Shown here piece by piece: positions 21,801-45,828 of a stretch of DNA of 64,000 nt (the first letter of the stretch is position 1; each line of letters begins with the position of its first letter). The position numbers and the translations under genes were made by a program. This DNA is from Balanoglossus misakiensis. Taxonomy: Eukaryota; Animalia; Hemichordata. Under the pieces are notes generated by a model. The model was not told where the DNA came from and did not search any database. It saw nothing but the letters and a program-made list of their open reading frames with translations. The DNA is taken from the NCBI GenBank assembly GCA_040954595.2, contig CM082577.2:7403846-7467845 (forward strand). The letters run 5' to 3'.

Positions 21801-24199
21801 CAGGCCTACAATTGCCGTGGTATCCAAGTGATGGAAACAAGTTGATGATAATGGAGATGTGATAGATGTGTACCATGACCAAGTGTAGCATGAGTGTCCT
21901 TCCACAAGTAATAAAATCCCATGGTGAAGCAAATTCCCTTATTTCACCAATGCCATGGCCTTTCTGACGGGCAAAATTCACACAGGTAAAATTAAAATGA
22001 ATTCTGAGTCAGAAAAAATATACAATATGACTGAAAGGTTGACACTTTTACTGCGATGACAAATTGCATGGAAACTGAGCACTACAGTACATCTGTGTAT
22101 TTCAGGTCTCCAAAAAGCATTGAAATTCAGTACAGATTGAAAACGGGGACATATTTGACACAGCCAGTGGACTACTTCTACAAGTCAATGAACACTGGCG
22201 GATGATACATGCATAATGCACACTAATGTCAGTTACGCTCAGTTTGGACATTTGCAGGTTGAGGTGGTTACTGTGTTACCACAAAGGTACGACAGCAAAC
22301 TGCTGTCGTCGAGTGAACAACATTTGTGACAGACGGACACAGGCAGTACGAAACTCACCTTCCCGTGTTGCTCTGTAAATCATTCGTGAAGGCGTCGTTC
22401 AACTGCTTCTCCTTAGTGACCAGAGTGTCCAGCATATCTTGCCGTCTCTCGACTTCCCTCTGTGTTCTGAGTTTCACATTATTAAGGACAAATACACGGA
22501 AATTCCCTGTGTAGGGGGGCTGGGAGAGTCTAGCTAATGGTACATAGAGCAATCCAGGCACGCTGACTGCCTGAGTCTCCTCTACAATTCAGTGATGCTG
22601 AAGTGAAGTGCACCTCAGGAATCAGCAATAAATTCATTCATCTGTCTTTAAAGGGACAAAGTCTCTCTCTTGCTGCCCTTTTTTTGCATCAATTATGTTT
22701 GATAAAAGATGCCGTTTATGTTATTCTTCAATCATGTGGCTAATATAGTGAATCAATGTTCGACCACCATCCCACTCACTTGCAGACACAAGAGTGCAAA
22801 ACTCGCCAAAATGAATAATTGGTGTTTACCATTTATTCATTTTGGCGAGATTGGTGTATACCATTTATTCATCTTGGCGAGATTTTTACTCTCAAATCCC
22901 ACAGACAGGATGGAAGTTGTGTGTGGATGATATATCCACACGTAGAATAACATAAACTGTGTCTTGCATAAAACATAATATATGGAAAAAGGGCAGCGAG
23001 AGAGAGACTTTGTCCCTTTAAGTACACAAAACTTGACAAAGGATACAAGTGATATGAGGAGGAAGCTCTCACTAGGTGCTGTCTCAGGGTGCTCAAATCT
23101 TGGGTGAAATTTTTCAGCGCAAACCTCAGTTCACTAGATATCTGTGTCAAATGGAAAGAAAGGGAGAAAAAAGAAAACATGTAATTGTTAGGTGCCAATT
23201 GTAATTTGAAAGACACTGGGTAGCGTAAAATGATAAAGTTATAAAAAATTTTCAGTAGTTTGTGGCAGAGTTTATTCAGGACTTAACAATCGCTAAACAG
23301 TTCCATATCAAAACTATCAAAAGTTCCACGTTATATACATTTAACGATTTTTCTCACACTGACTTACTTTTGAAGTACTGCTACCAGTTCTTTGTAGCCT
23401 GTTACGCTCGTTGATAGTTTCCATCATTTCTTGCGCTCTTCTTTCACACCGATCATATTCGGACAACCTTTAATCAATGCAACAAAAGAAAAACAAACAA
23501 AAGAAAATGTTTTTCACTGATATACCACTGGCCCAAATCATGACATTATCTTTGTAATCATGTGTTTAATTCCACAGTAGCTGCAGTTACTGGCATTGAG
23601 TGTGCATGTGGGTGGCAAAACCAGACGCAATATTACCAGGCAAAACCTCGAACTGCAGGACTGCAGCTACCGATATGGTAATGCTGCGGGTCCGTAGCCC
23701 TACTGTCCCGACTGTTTGTGCTGGGGAGTGGTAGGGCTACGACTCGCAGCTACTAAAGGGGGGCTGCTACCACACCATGATAGTGAACTAGTATCGTGAA
23801 CTAGTATCAAATCAATGCACTGGAGACTGTGGGGTTTGTCGTTGTCAACGTTTGAACACGGTTGTCTGTGGAGGACGAACTACATGACAGATACACATGA
23901 CTGATCCCGGGCTAAACTTTCACTCGTTTTACTTCAGGCATTTCAGAGTTCATTACACGTTCCGTCATTCAACTCCATCAATGCATCACGTGAGAACGAA
24001 AACAAACGCCATCAAAACCAGGAAGTGACCCATTCATTCGACTCAGCTCGGAAATCGTTGGATTATTTTAGCCGAAGCATAACGATAGAGCTTACACCGA
24101 TCCGCTGAAATTAACATATTCCCAACAGATTTGTGTCTACACCAACTTTTACAGCAAAGTACTGTTTTGAACTTACCAAGCATCACCTCCCGGCGCCAT
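15787..24199 (-). CDS. STX8: Syntaxin-8, complete 8-exon CDS span (711 nt, 236 aa)
   Basis: Exons 24177-24199, 23368-23467, 23047-23141, 22359-22466, 21403-21527, 21159-21251, 17188-17289, 15787-15851 join in frame: MAPGGDAWLSEYD...TQREVERRQDMLDTLVTKE...NPW...IRGQQQQIIAEQDSGLDALSQVIARQKQMGQHIGDELDEHNEIIDDL...AMLVIIVLLLIAIVIVAVVPF*. N-terminal helical domain, Qc-SNARE motif and C-terminal TM anchor, matching STX8. Confidence 0.96.
15967..16297. mobile_element. Candidate TTAA-flanked MITE in STX8 intron 7
   Basis: CTTAAATAGGTTTT (15962-15975) is the exact reverse complement of AAAACCTATTTAAG (16289-16302); TTAA on both sides; weaker similarity further in. Confidence 0.5.
17188..17289 (-). CDS. 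STX8: STX8 exon 7
   Basis: EIIDDLTGQMGRTDERLIKETRHIKRIDTKSGNC; AG and GTGAGT boundaries. Confidence 0.94.
21159..21251 (-). CDS. STX8: STX8 exon 6 (SNARE motif)
   Basis: EQDSGLDALSQVIARQKQMGQHIGDELDEHN; AG and GTAAGT boundaries. Confidence 0.95.
21403..21527 (-). CDS. STX8: STX8 exon 5
   Basis: RTSLL...NPWDVDESEET...DIRGQQQQIIA; phases match both neighbours. Confidence 0.92.
22359..22466 (-). CDS. STX8: STX8 exon 4
   Basis: TQREVERRQDMLDTLVTKEKQLNDAFTNDLQSNTG; GTGAGT donor. Confidence 0.93.
22467..23046 (-). other. U12-type (minor spliceosome) GT-AG intron, STX8 intron 3
   Basis: 5' site GTATCCTTT (23046-23038); branch TCCTTAAT (22488-22481) 12 nt before the AG; no pyrimidine tract. Confidence 0.9.
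22652..23017. mobile_element. 366-bp MITE with TTAA target-site duplication (Kolobok/piggyBac-like)
   Basis: TTAA|AGGGACAAAGTCTCTCTCTTGCTGCCCTTTTT ... AAAAAGGGCAGCGAGAGAGAGACTTTGTCCCT|TTAA; one mismatch in the first 32 bp; imperfect TIR continues to ~75 bp. Confidence 0.88.
23047..23141 (-). CDS. STX8: STX8 exon 3
   Basis: ISSELRFALKNFTQDLSTLRQHLVRASSSYH(L). Confidence 0.92.
23368..23467 (-). CDS. STX8: STX8 exon 2
   Basis: (W)LSEYDRCERRAQEMMETINERNRLQRTGSSTSK; GTAAGT donor. Confidence 0.92.
23683..23750. repeat. 68-nt GC-rich inverted repeat in STX8 intron 1
   Basis: GCTGCGGGTCCGTAGCCCTAC ... GTAGGGCTACGACTCGCAGC. Confidence 0.75.
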
Positions 24200-24300
24200 C
24201 TTGATTTGTACGTCCTACCGCAAAGATTCATGGGTAAGTCACAAGAGGTCATCGTCAGGTCATCTTATATCAAGCGGGAGACTCCCAGAAGCAGAAGGAT
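23986..24300 (-). promoter_or_regulatory. STX8 promoter-proximal region with housekeeping-type motifs
   Basis: YY1-type CAAGATGGCG overlapping the ATG (24194-24203); ETS-type CAGGAAGTG (24019-24027); E-box TCACGTGA (23986-23993). Motif matches only. Confidence 0.5.
24177..24199 (-). CDS. STX8: STX8 exon 1 (start codon)
   Basis: AAG ATG GCG CCG GGA GGT GAT GCT TG|GTAAGT = MAPGGDAW (human MAPDPW). Confidence 0.9.
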
Positions 24301-25842
24301 TTTCCTACGGAAAGCACCGAACCGGTGAATCATTGCTTTTGAAATAAACTGGAATTTACTAAAGAATCGTACGATTTTCCTTTTATCTTTCATAAAACTT
24401 CAGAACGTTCGCAGTCACTCAACGCTGTTGTAGGGCCAACTCCAATGAGTTGCCAACAAAAATAAGTTACCGATGCATGCCAAATGCCGTGATGATATGA
24501 CTGGCATTCACCACTTTGTATCGAAGGACATAATCACCTGTACTGTCTACAGTTATGGTTAGAACCCGGGGTTCAGAAGGGGCTAGGATTAAAAGGCGAT
24601 ATACTGTAGCCTCTACTACGTTGACGCGCAAGCGCTCGCTTGGTTGGTAAGTTTCTACAGTGCCACCTCTGGTCACATTTTTCACGCCTTTTGTTTTCAG
24701 CAGAACAAGTGTCTCCAGCAACTGCTATGCTATTGACCTTTTCATCCTCCATAAAGCATAATGCATTTTAATTCGGTAGACTGGCAGAAATTCGGATAGC
24801 AACGGTTTGTTATTGAAATGCGATGACCACATACTTTGGTTGCCATGATGTGTGATTCATCGTTACAACTAAGTGTGCATGTATATGTCATTTTCGTTTT
24901 TGTTAGGGAAAGTCCCTTAAGTGATTATGATTATGTTTTCAATACAACGCTTTATCACGACGAAGCCAGCATTTCGATGGAAATCATATATCACGTGAAT
25001 CACGTGAAGTTAAAATAACCAATAATCTCTCTTATATAGATAAAGACCACTCCCACAAATCATATATGACACATAGTACTGTATATTAGTGTTTGTGGGT
25101 CCAAGTTACCTTCCAGAGGCTGGGCTGCGTTGCGCTACGGTGACACTGTCGTAACTTATATTTTCGCCCCGTTTATGCGCGGTCTCGCCTATCCTTACGG
25201 ACAATACAGAGATCTGTAAGGGTTTTACTAGTTCACTTAAAGCCATCCAACGGATTCGCCCGTTTGCTGGGATTGAACCTTCAGGTACAATATCGGCGCC
25301 GTTTGCTGTACCCAGTCAATTCAAGTCGCCGCCCAGACGCAGCTGCGAAAATGAAAGATACAGCCGCGGGGAACGAATGCCCAGTATGTGGAAAGGAAAA
25401 ATGCGAATGTGAGTTACTCTGATTTCTTTATAGTCTGAAGAATTTTTCCAGGTGAAAATCGAGTGTATGCTTTGCGATAAGCCCTAAATATCGACAGTTT
25501 TACCTCAAGCTAGCTGTCAACAATGACGTTTCCCCCATGCTTGTCGCGAAGCCTATCACGAATTTTGTCCCCCCCTCTTAGAATGGGCTATTTAGCATTC
25601 GTATAGGTGTCAAAATGTCGATACAAAAACCCTTGAATTTTTCATAACTTGCAAGACCTTGTTTTTTCACACAGGTCCACCCAAACCGAATGGTTCGCGC
25701 CCGAACAAATAGCATCATGGCGCATCGACAGTGGTGGGGATGGGGGAAGACGGGAATACCTATAGGTGTTTGTGTACTGGTAACCACCTGGCAACGTAAC
25801 AACAAACCAAGCAGCCATGGCAACCCCACACTGGAGTATGAA

Positions 25843-26519
25843 ATCATACCTAAATATATAGTTGTGCCTTTGTAGCTAGCGGTTTCTGTACGTGATTATC
25901 ATTATAATGTAGTTCGATAAACGTTGCATATTTCTTGTACTTTTACTCATTTCTTCAAATTGGAAGTTCAGGTTTAATCATCTGTATCTGATTATAAACC
26001 AATTATATGTACATTACTATTTTAGCTGATCTCCATTACTGATATTTAGTCTTTCTGCTGTGTCCATTTGAAATCATTGGCGAATCGTTTTTATTGTTTT
26101 ATTATTTGGATGACATGAATGTTCTTCAGTGCTTTTAAGAAATATTATTTAGATGTTTCCTTTGTACACTCCAACTTCATCATACCTAAATATATAGTTG
26201 TGCCTTTGTAGCTGGCGGTTTCTGTACGTGACTATCATATAATGTAGTTCGATAAACGTTGCATATTTCTTGTACTTTAACTCATTTTTTTCAAATCGAA
26301 GTTCAGTTTTAGTCCTCTGTATCTGTTTCTAAACCAATTACATGTATGTACATGTATTTTAGCTGATCTTCATTACTGATATTTAGTCTTTCTACTGTGT
26401 ACATTTGAAATCGTTGGCGAATCGTTTTTATTGTTTTATTATTTGGATGGCATGCATGTTCTTCAGTGCTTTTAAGAAATATTATTTAGATGTTTCCTAG
26501 ACCTTTTGTACACTCCAAC
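25843..26519. repeat. Two-copy tandem duplication, ~336-bp unit
   Basis: ATCATACCTAAATATATAGTTGTGCC...TTTGTACACTCCAAC starts at 25843 and again at 26179, with scattered substitutions and indels. Confidence 0.92.
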
Positions 26520-29499
26520 GTGACGCACCGCAGCGCACGCCTGCATCATCAACCAGTCGCAGCTCGCAACTGACGAAGAAACAAGACAACGGGGGACGCT
26601 GGACAGACACCCGCAGCCTTTGTTCACCTCTACCGTCAATCCGACTCTGTCTGGTCGTGGCGATGCCTTCCCGACTACTAACTGTTTTGTTCTGAACCAA
26701 AAAAGCGCACTTGAGTCTACACGAAGCAGTGAACGATTTCGCGATTTTCCTTACTTTCGTACATATACATATACATAGCAAGATACTTGAAGTAACAACT
26801 TGTAACTTTGAAATGCATCTGTGTTTGCTCTCCTTAGTCGCATTGATCCAAAATAAATAATGATAGCAATTATATAAAGTGGATAGAACGAGTACTAGTA
26901 TATTTCACTTTACTATCGCGTCACGGGAAACTACAATCTTCCACTATTTTCTCTTTCACCTTGACGGTAATTAATCTGTAATCATATCACGGAGAGAATT
27001 TGAAGTTGGCTGTGCAGAAAAAAAAGTAAAGTCCACCAAAAAGTCCCCAAATGTAAACAGGACTATGCTTTGTTCGATTGTCTGGCATCAAGAAGACAGT
27101 CATTTATTTTTAGGCCATTTCGTCACTTTTCTTCCAGACACGCATGCCCAGATCCCTGCCCGAATTGTAATATGCCTCCGACATCTGGTTGGACGGTTTG
27201 GCGTGATTGACAGTATCGAGCACAAACAAACAATGCCGGCTCTGATTGGTCCAATCACGATCGCTCACGGTCGGGGAGGTCCCGGCCACTTTTCGGGCAA
27301 CTCCGATGCGAGGCATGCGAAGTAACATGGCTTTAGGTAGACGGCGTAGACGCCCTCTGTCGATTCTTTCGAATCAATTTCGCCCCTACAGTTATCAGGA
27401 TAAAATTGCCCTTTACACTGAAATCATGAAATGAAGTAATCGTCCAAATAAACTTTCTGCACGCGATCTGGCTTTCCACTATCCATGGCGACTGTAAAGT
27501 TTGTATAACTACTATATTCTGAGACCTGACAAGTAAAACAACAGTGTTATTAATTATGTCGCGTGGTGGCGTCAATACAGGCCATTCCTCAATCGAGGAC
27601 CAGGCGGCACGGCTCGTGATTGAATGTGGGCCCTCAGTGGCCGAGTAAATCTTGGCCCTGGCGATATATGGTGCGTCTACGTTTGCTAAACGGTTGATGG
27701 CGCTTTAGTGCGCAACATGTGAGAGCCTTTCTTTAAAAAATCTTAAGTTGGAGGACTTCTGAATCGGATAAACCTTTGAAGTGTAGTAATGACCCCCGGG
27801 AATTCACAGATGAGTGGGAGTTCATGATTGGCTCATTTAGTCCGTCAAGGATACGTATTAAAAACTGATTAATGTGGTATTTAAACCAAATCATTGGATT
27901 TCCTCTCACCACGTCATGACAACGTTGGGTGTTTTGACAAGCTAATTTTGTGATAAATGATGCCAAATTGCCCAAAGTCGATGCCTATTGTACCATTTCC
28001 CTGGTCAATATTCCCAACGCCAGAGAAAATTTGCAGGATGGGGAAGTGTTGCTTTGCGTCTTAAATGGCCGATTAAGGAAATTCACTTCAGCTTGACAAA
28101 GCGTATGCGTTTAGCGATTGTTTGGCCACCACGTTAGTCTTGCAGTATTATTCGACTTGTCTGTGAGAGAACAAAACTAGTTGCGGATGAATGACAACGG
28201 TGACATTTTCGTCGGGCGGCTTACCAAGACGGTGCCTCGGATTTCAGGTGATAAACATGACTCGTTAGAATTAGGGAGAAGTGTGTGTTGTTCGTAGTGA
28301 CGTGTGAATCCATTGATGGAATCACTAACGATAATTGGAATGAAGACAATGTTTAAATCGTATAGAGGAGATTGAATGTGTGTAATGTATCAAAACAGAC
28401 ACTACGTATGACACCAACTGAAAATAAGAAAATGCTACTATAGAGATTAAGTTGGACCCGCGATGTTCTTGAAAGAAGCGCTAATAGCGCATTTCTCGGA
28501 CAAATAAATCGTTTAAACAGTTGCCTCTCAACAGAAAATTATTTTTATGTGTGTCAGCAAAGTTTGCAGTGTGGGAAGTGTTTTCTTTGCGTGTTAAATT
28601 GCGGATTTAGGAAATTTCTTGACAAAGGCTGTAACTGTCACACAAACGATTGTCGCTTTATCATAATCTCAGACTAGCGTATACTGTCTCTTTCATAAAC
28701 ATGTTTTCTCATCTCTGTTTTTGCCATTTATTTGTTAGAATTATAATTATCGCAATTTAAATTGAGAAAGTTAGAAAATCTCCCAGAAAATTTTTGAGAA
28801 CATATTGTTACGAGATTTGTTACGACGACAACGTAAACTTTAGTACTTAAAATGGGTTTACGAACAAAGCGTGTAACTGGTGGAGTATACGGTCAGAACG
28901 CCATTCCCTTTGGACGATACCGTTACTTTTAAGGGTAGCCAAGGGGTGTATGTGTGCAACCGCCAGGGCGTAGTGGGAGGTTGCACGCTCTGGGTCAGTG
29001 TGTTTCCTTCAGAATGCCACCACCTAGCTACTACGGACCGGCTCTACGAATCAGTTATAGTCCAACTCACCTTAACGTGGACATATCCAAGCAGGGCTTC
29101 AGCGTTGCCGCCATCTCCTTTTTTTACAACCGGGTAAACGATGGAACCGTGGACCGTACACACGCGGACCCAAAGAATAACAGATGACGTGGAGACGCCC
29201 AAAGTCTTTTGTGCAGCTAAAAAAATCAATAATTCGTTTTAACACCTGTTCACTCAAGGAATGTTGAGTGCACCTGGCCGCGCAAACGTGACAAAGACAA
29301 GCTCGTTCAGCCAATGGTCGATCTAAGAACAATAACAATGCATTCAGTAATGAATGTGTGAAAATTTGGTGGATTTCCGTTCATCCTTTTGTGAGTTGCA
29401 CGAAAGTTCAGACGACAACGAATCGTGTCAAAATGACAAGCTGAGAAAATTCTCAGTAAAGACAAGAAGAAGTTACCAAACAGGGACTTTCACCATCAA

Positions 29500-32403
29500 T
29501 TTGTAGTAAAAATCTCTTTATTCGGGTTAAAATTAATTTACAAACTCACAGCAAATAACTTTTTACAAGGCTCGTCTATTGTAACCAGGCGCAGTACAGT
29601 ATAATGTTAAATTAGACTCGATGAACTTTCATTGTTCCAGTCTTGGTACTAACAATAATAGGAACAGATGAAGAGAAATGCAATGATGTTTTGTTTATTT
29701 ATACTCAGGCCGTTTTATGCAATTTAAATACAACTGGGCATTGCTATGCTATATTGCAAACATATGGATATGAAGAAAATGTTGGTCTGACAACACGCAT
29801 AAACTAACGGAGAATAGAGGCATTTTAGTAAGGCTAGCTGCAGTTCAGCTCAAGACTACATGCAGCCGTGTATCCATTTAACGGATACTTATTTTAGTAC
29901 TCGAACGTCCAGGAGCTTAGCGATTACATTCAAAGAGAAACCTATCACTATTCATTTACAGAAAACCAAACGAGTCGGTCTCCATTCAATAAAGGCAACA
30001 AAACGACTACATTTGCTATAGTGGACGTTTGTCAAGAAGGAAGGAAATGAGCTGGCGTTTTAAAATGTGATGGTAAATTCAAACCTGCCTACATGTATAC
30101 CAAGACTCATAGTAGTAGTGACATATGAATTTTACATATCACAAGAATATTTCTGTCAAATCCAGCGGCACTATTTGGTCTGGCGTGCAGGCAGCAATGA
30201 GACCAATGTACATTGACGTAAAGCGTATTTTTGTCCTGGAACGGACAACGTATGCAATAGCGATAAACGCGTATTATAAATTCCAAAATGACTATGACTT
30301 CTTTTACGACCAAAATAACGACTATATGCGCACTTCCGTGTACTGTAAGAATGATGGTCTGTACCACCACGTGACACGAACTTCGCGCATGCTGAATGTA
30401 CATGTGATAAGTGCTGTAAACAAACTGAAACCCATATACCTGAGTATGAGCAAAAACGTACCCACAACAAATTAAGTAAATTAAGACAAAAAAAGTAAAT
30501 CATTTGGGTTTCAACTTCTACCAAAAATTCAGGCAAAAAAACGTTTTATACACCAACTCAGAAATAAATATTGAATAATTATACGACAAAATACACAGGA
30601 TTGCGGTGTTGACGGCCTCTTGGGGGAAATCCGGCCCAACAAATCTACAGCTGATAATATTTATTTGCATATTAACGATACGCCCGTATAATTTGCGAAG
30701 GTGATATGTATACTGTACACAAGTTTATATACTCTCGATTTGTAAAGGATTTTACACATTTGATTTACTTCATGACCAATTTAAATATCGAGACTCATAC
30801 GGTGCTAGTAAATTCATAGTTACAATAACACCCCGATAAATAGAAAATAAAGTTTTGTCACTCTGTATCAACTATTTACAAAAAAAATAAAACCACTAAT
30901 CTATCTTACTGTACATAAGACGCCATCGTTTTCTGATGGTCGAAGATGACCTTTTTGATTTGAAGTAAACAGCCGAGTTCGCAGTGTACATTAGCGTTGT
31001 ACATGCTACGCTGTTCGGAATGTGAGAGTGTTACCATACTATACTATACCGGTGGACTCATGCATTATGCTAATTGGGAACGAGCTTGTTTGTATGTATG
31101 CACACGGTCACTCCACACACGACCGTGGTATGCATGCTCCTACACCATTGGTCAAGGTTGGTCAAGGTACTCTTCCCTTGGAAAATGACGCATGCGTGAA
31201 TCAAACCGTAGAGACTGGCGTCCGATATCGTTTTAATTAAAGGCACGCCTTCTTTATCAGCTTTATCTTAAAGCAAACGGATTATCTTCATAGAGATTTC
31301 AATGGAAAACTGAAGGTTTGCACCGCATAAAACATCCACTGTCCACTAACAAGAGCTAACGCGAGAACCAGGGATTGAAAATCACCCCTTTAACTATACA
31401 ACTTTCGGCATACCATGTTTCACTGGTACACGTCCCGATGTCAGAAAACACACAATTATTCGACCATGCTACAGAAAACGGTAACCTTTGGTTAGTTGAA
31501 GGAACCTGACGTTAAAATTGCCAGTGTAATAATAGTGGCAGTAGTAGCAGACAGCTCGTTATGCTGCTTACGATCTCGCGCGGTAAAACTGACGTGGAAA
31601 TCTCGCGAGAACTCTTCGCTCGTAACTTTCTATGATTCACGAGTGAAATCCGCCGCCCGTTACTGATCCAAGCTTTGATCGAAACCGCACCAATGGTCAA
31701 CTCTCCACTGTCACACTTTACTTCGACCGATTAAACCTTCCTCCCTGACGCATACCAGTAATCTTTTAATTAAGGGAAAGTCAAAAATCGACAATGCCAG
31801 GCCACAGGATTGGCCCCTCAAAAAAATAAGTGAAGGCTGTGTCTTCGTCAGCTGAATCGTTTTCAAATTCGAAATGCACAATCCGGACATGTCACGTGCC
31901 CAGGAGGGAATCGACTTTCGCGTGAACAACTACATAGACGAAAAAGACAAACCTGACATTGAACTTGAAAAGAAATGAAAAGAATGATCATGAAAATACG
32001 GTTGTGAAAACACGGCCGGAGTGGTTTTGCGGCAGAAACTCTCAATTGGCAATAAATTTGTTTACCGGACGACGGTTTCTTATTCCTCTCATTAGCTTAG
32101 ATTTACTGCTCAATTTCCCCCATTGCAAACGTTTCTAATCAAATACATCTTAGTGGTATAAACGATGACCAAATCGGTTAATTTGAAAATAGTCATGTTG
32201 TAAAAACAATAACGAAACTTTCTTAAAAATGAAAAAAAAACTATTGAAAATCCTGGTGATCGTTATACAGGGTTGATCTATGGAGTGTCCGAGTGACGGT
32301 CCATGGTCAGATGTTGTCTGTCTGTGAGTACATTTGGGAGTGGAGTCGGACTCGTACTTCGCACAAAGTACAGGATTGCATTCACGTCCTCGACGGTGAT
32401 ACC
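29500..32403 (-). other. Probable long 3' UTR of the guanylyl cyclase
   Basis: AT-rich, no credible ORF; minus-strand AATAAA at 29517-29522 and 29694-29699. Confidence 0.4.

Positions 32404-45828
<13,425 letters not shown>

Noticed and set aside
25675-25765. Chromodomain-like peptide EWFAPEQIASWR...GRREYL
   Set aside because: Short, immediately followed by a stop, and resemblance is only by eye.
30107-30536. Overlapping 98-121-aa ORFs
   Set aside because: No recognisable domain or splice structure; they lie in the probable cyclase 3' UTR.
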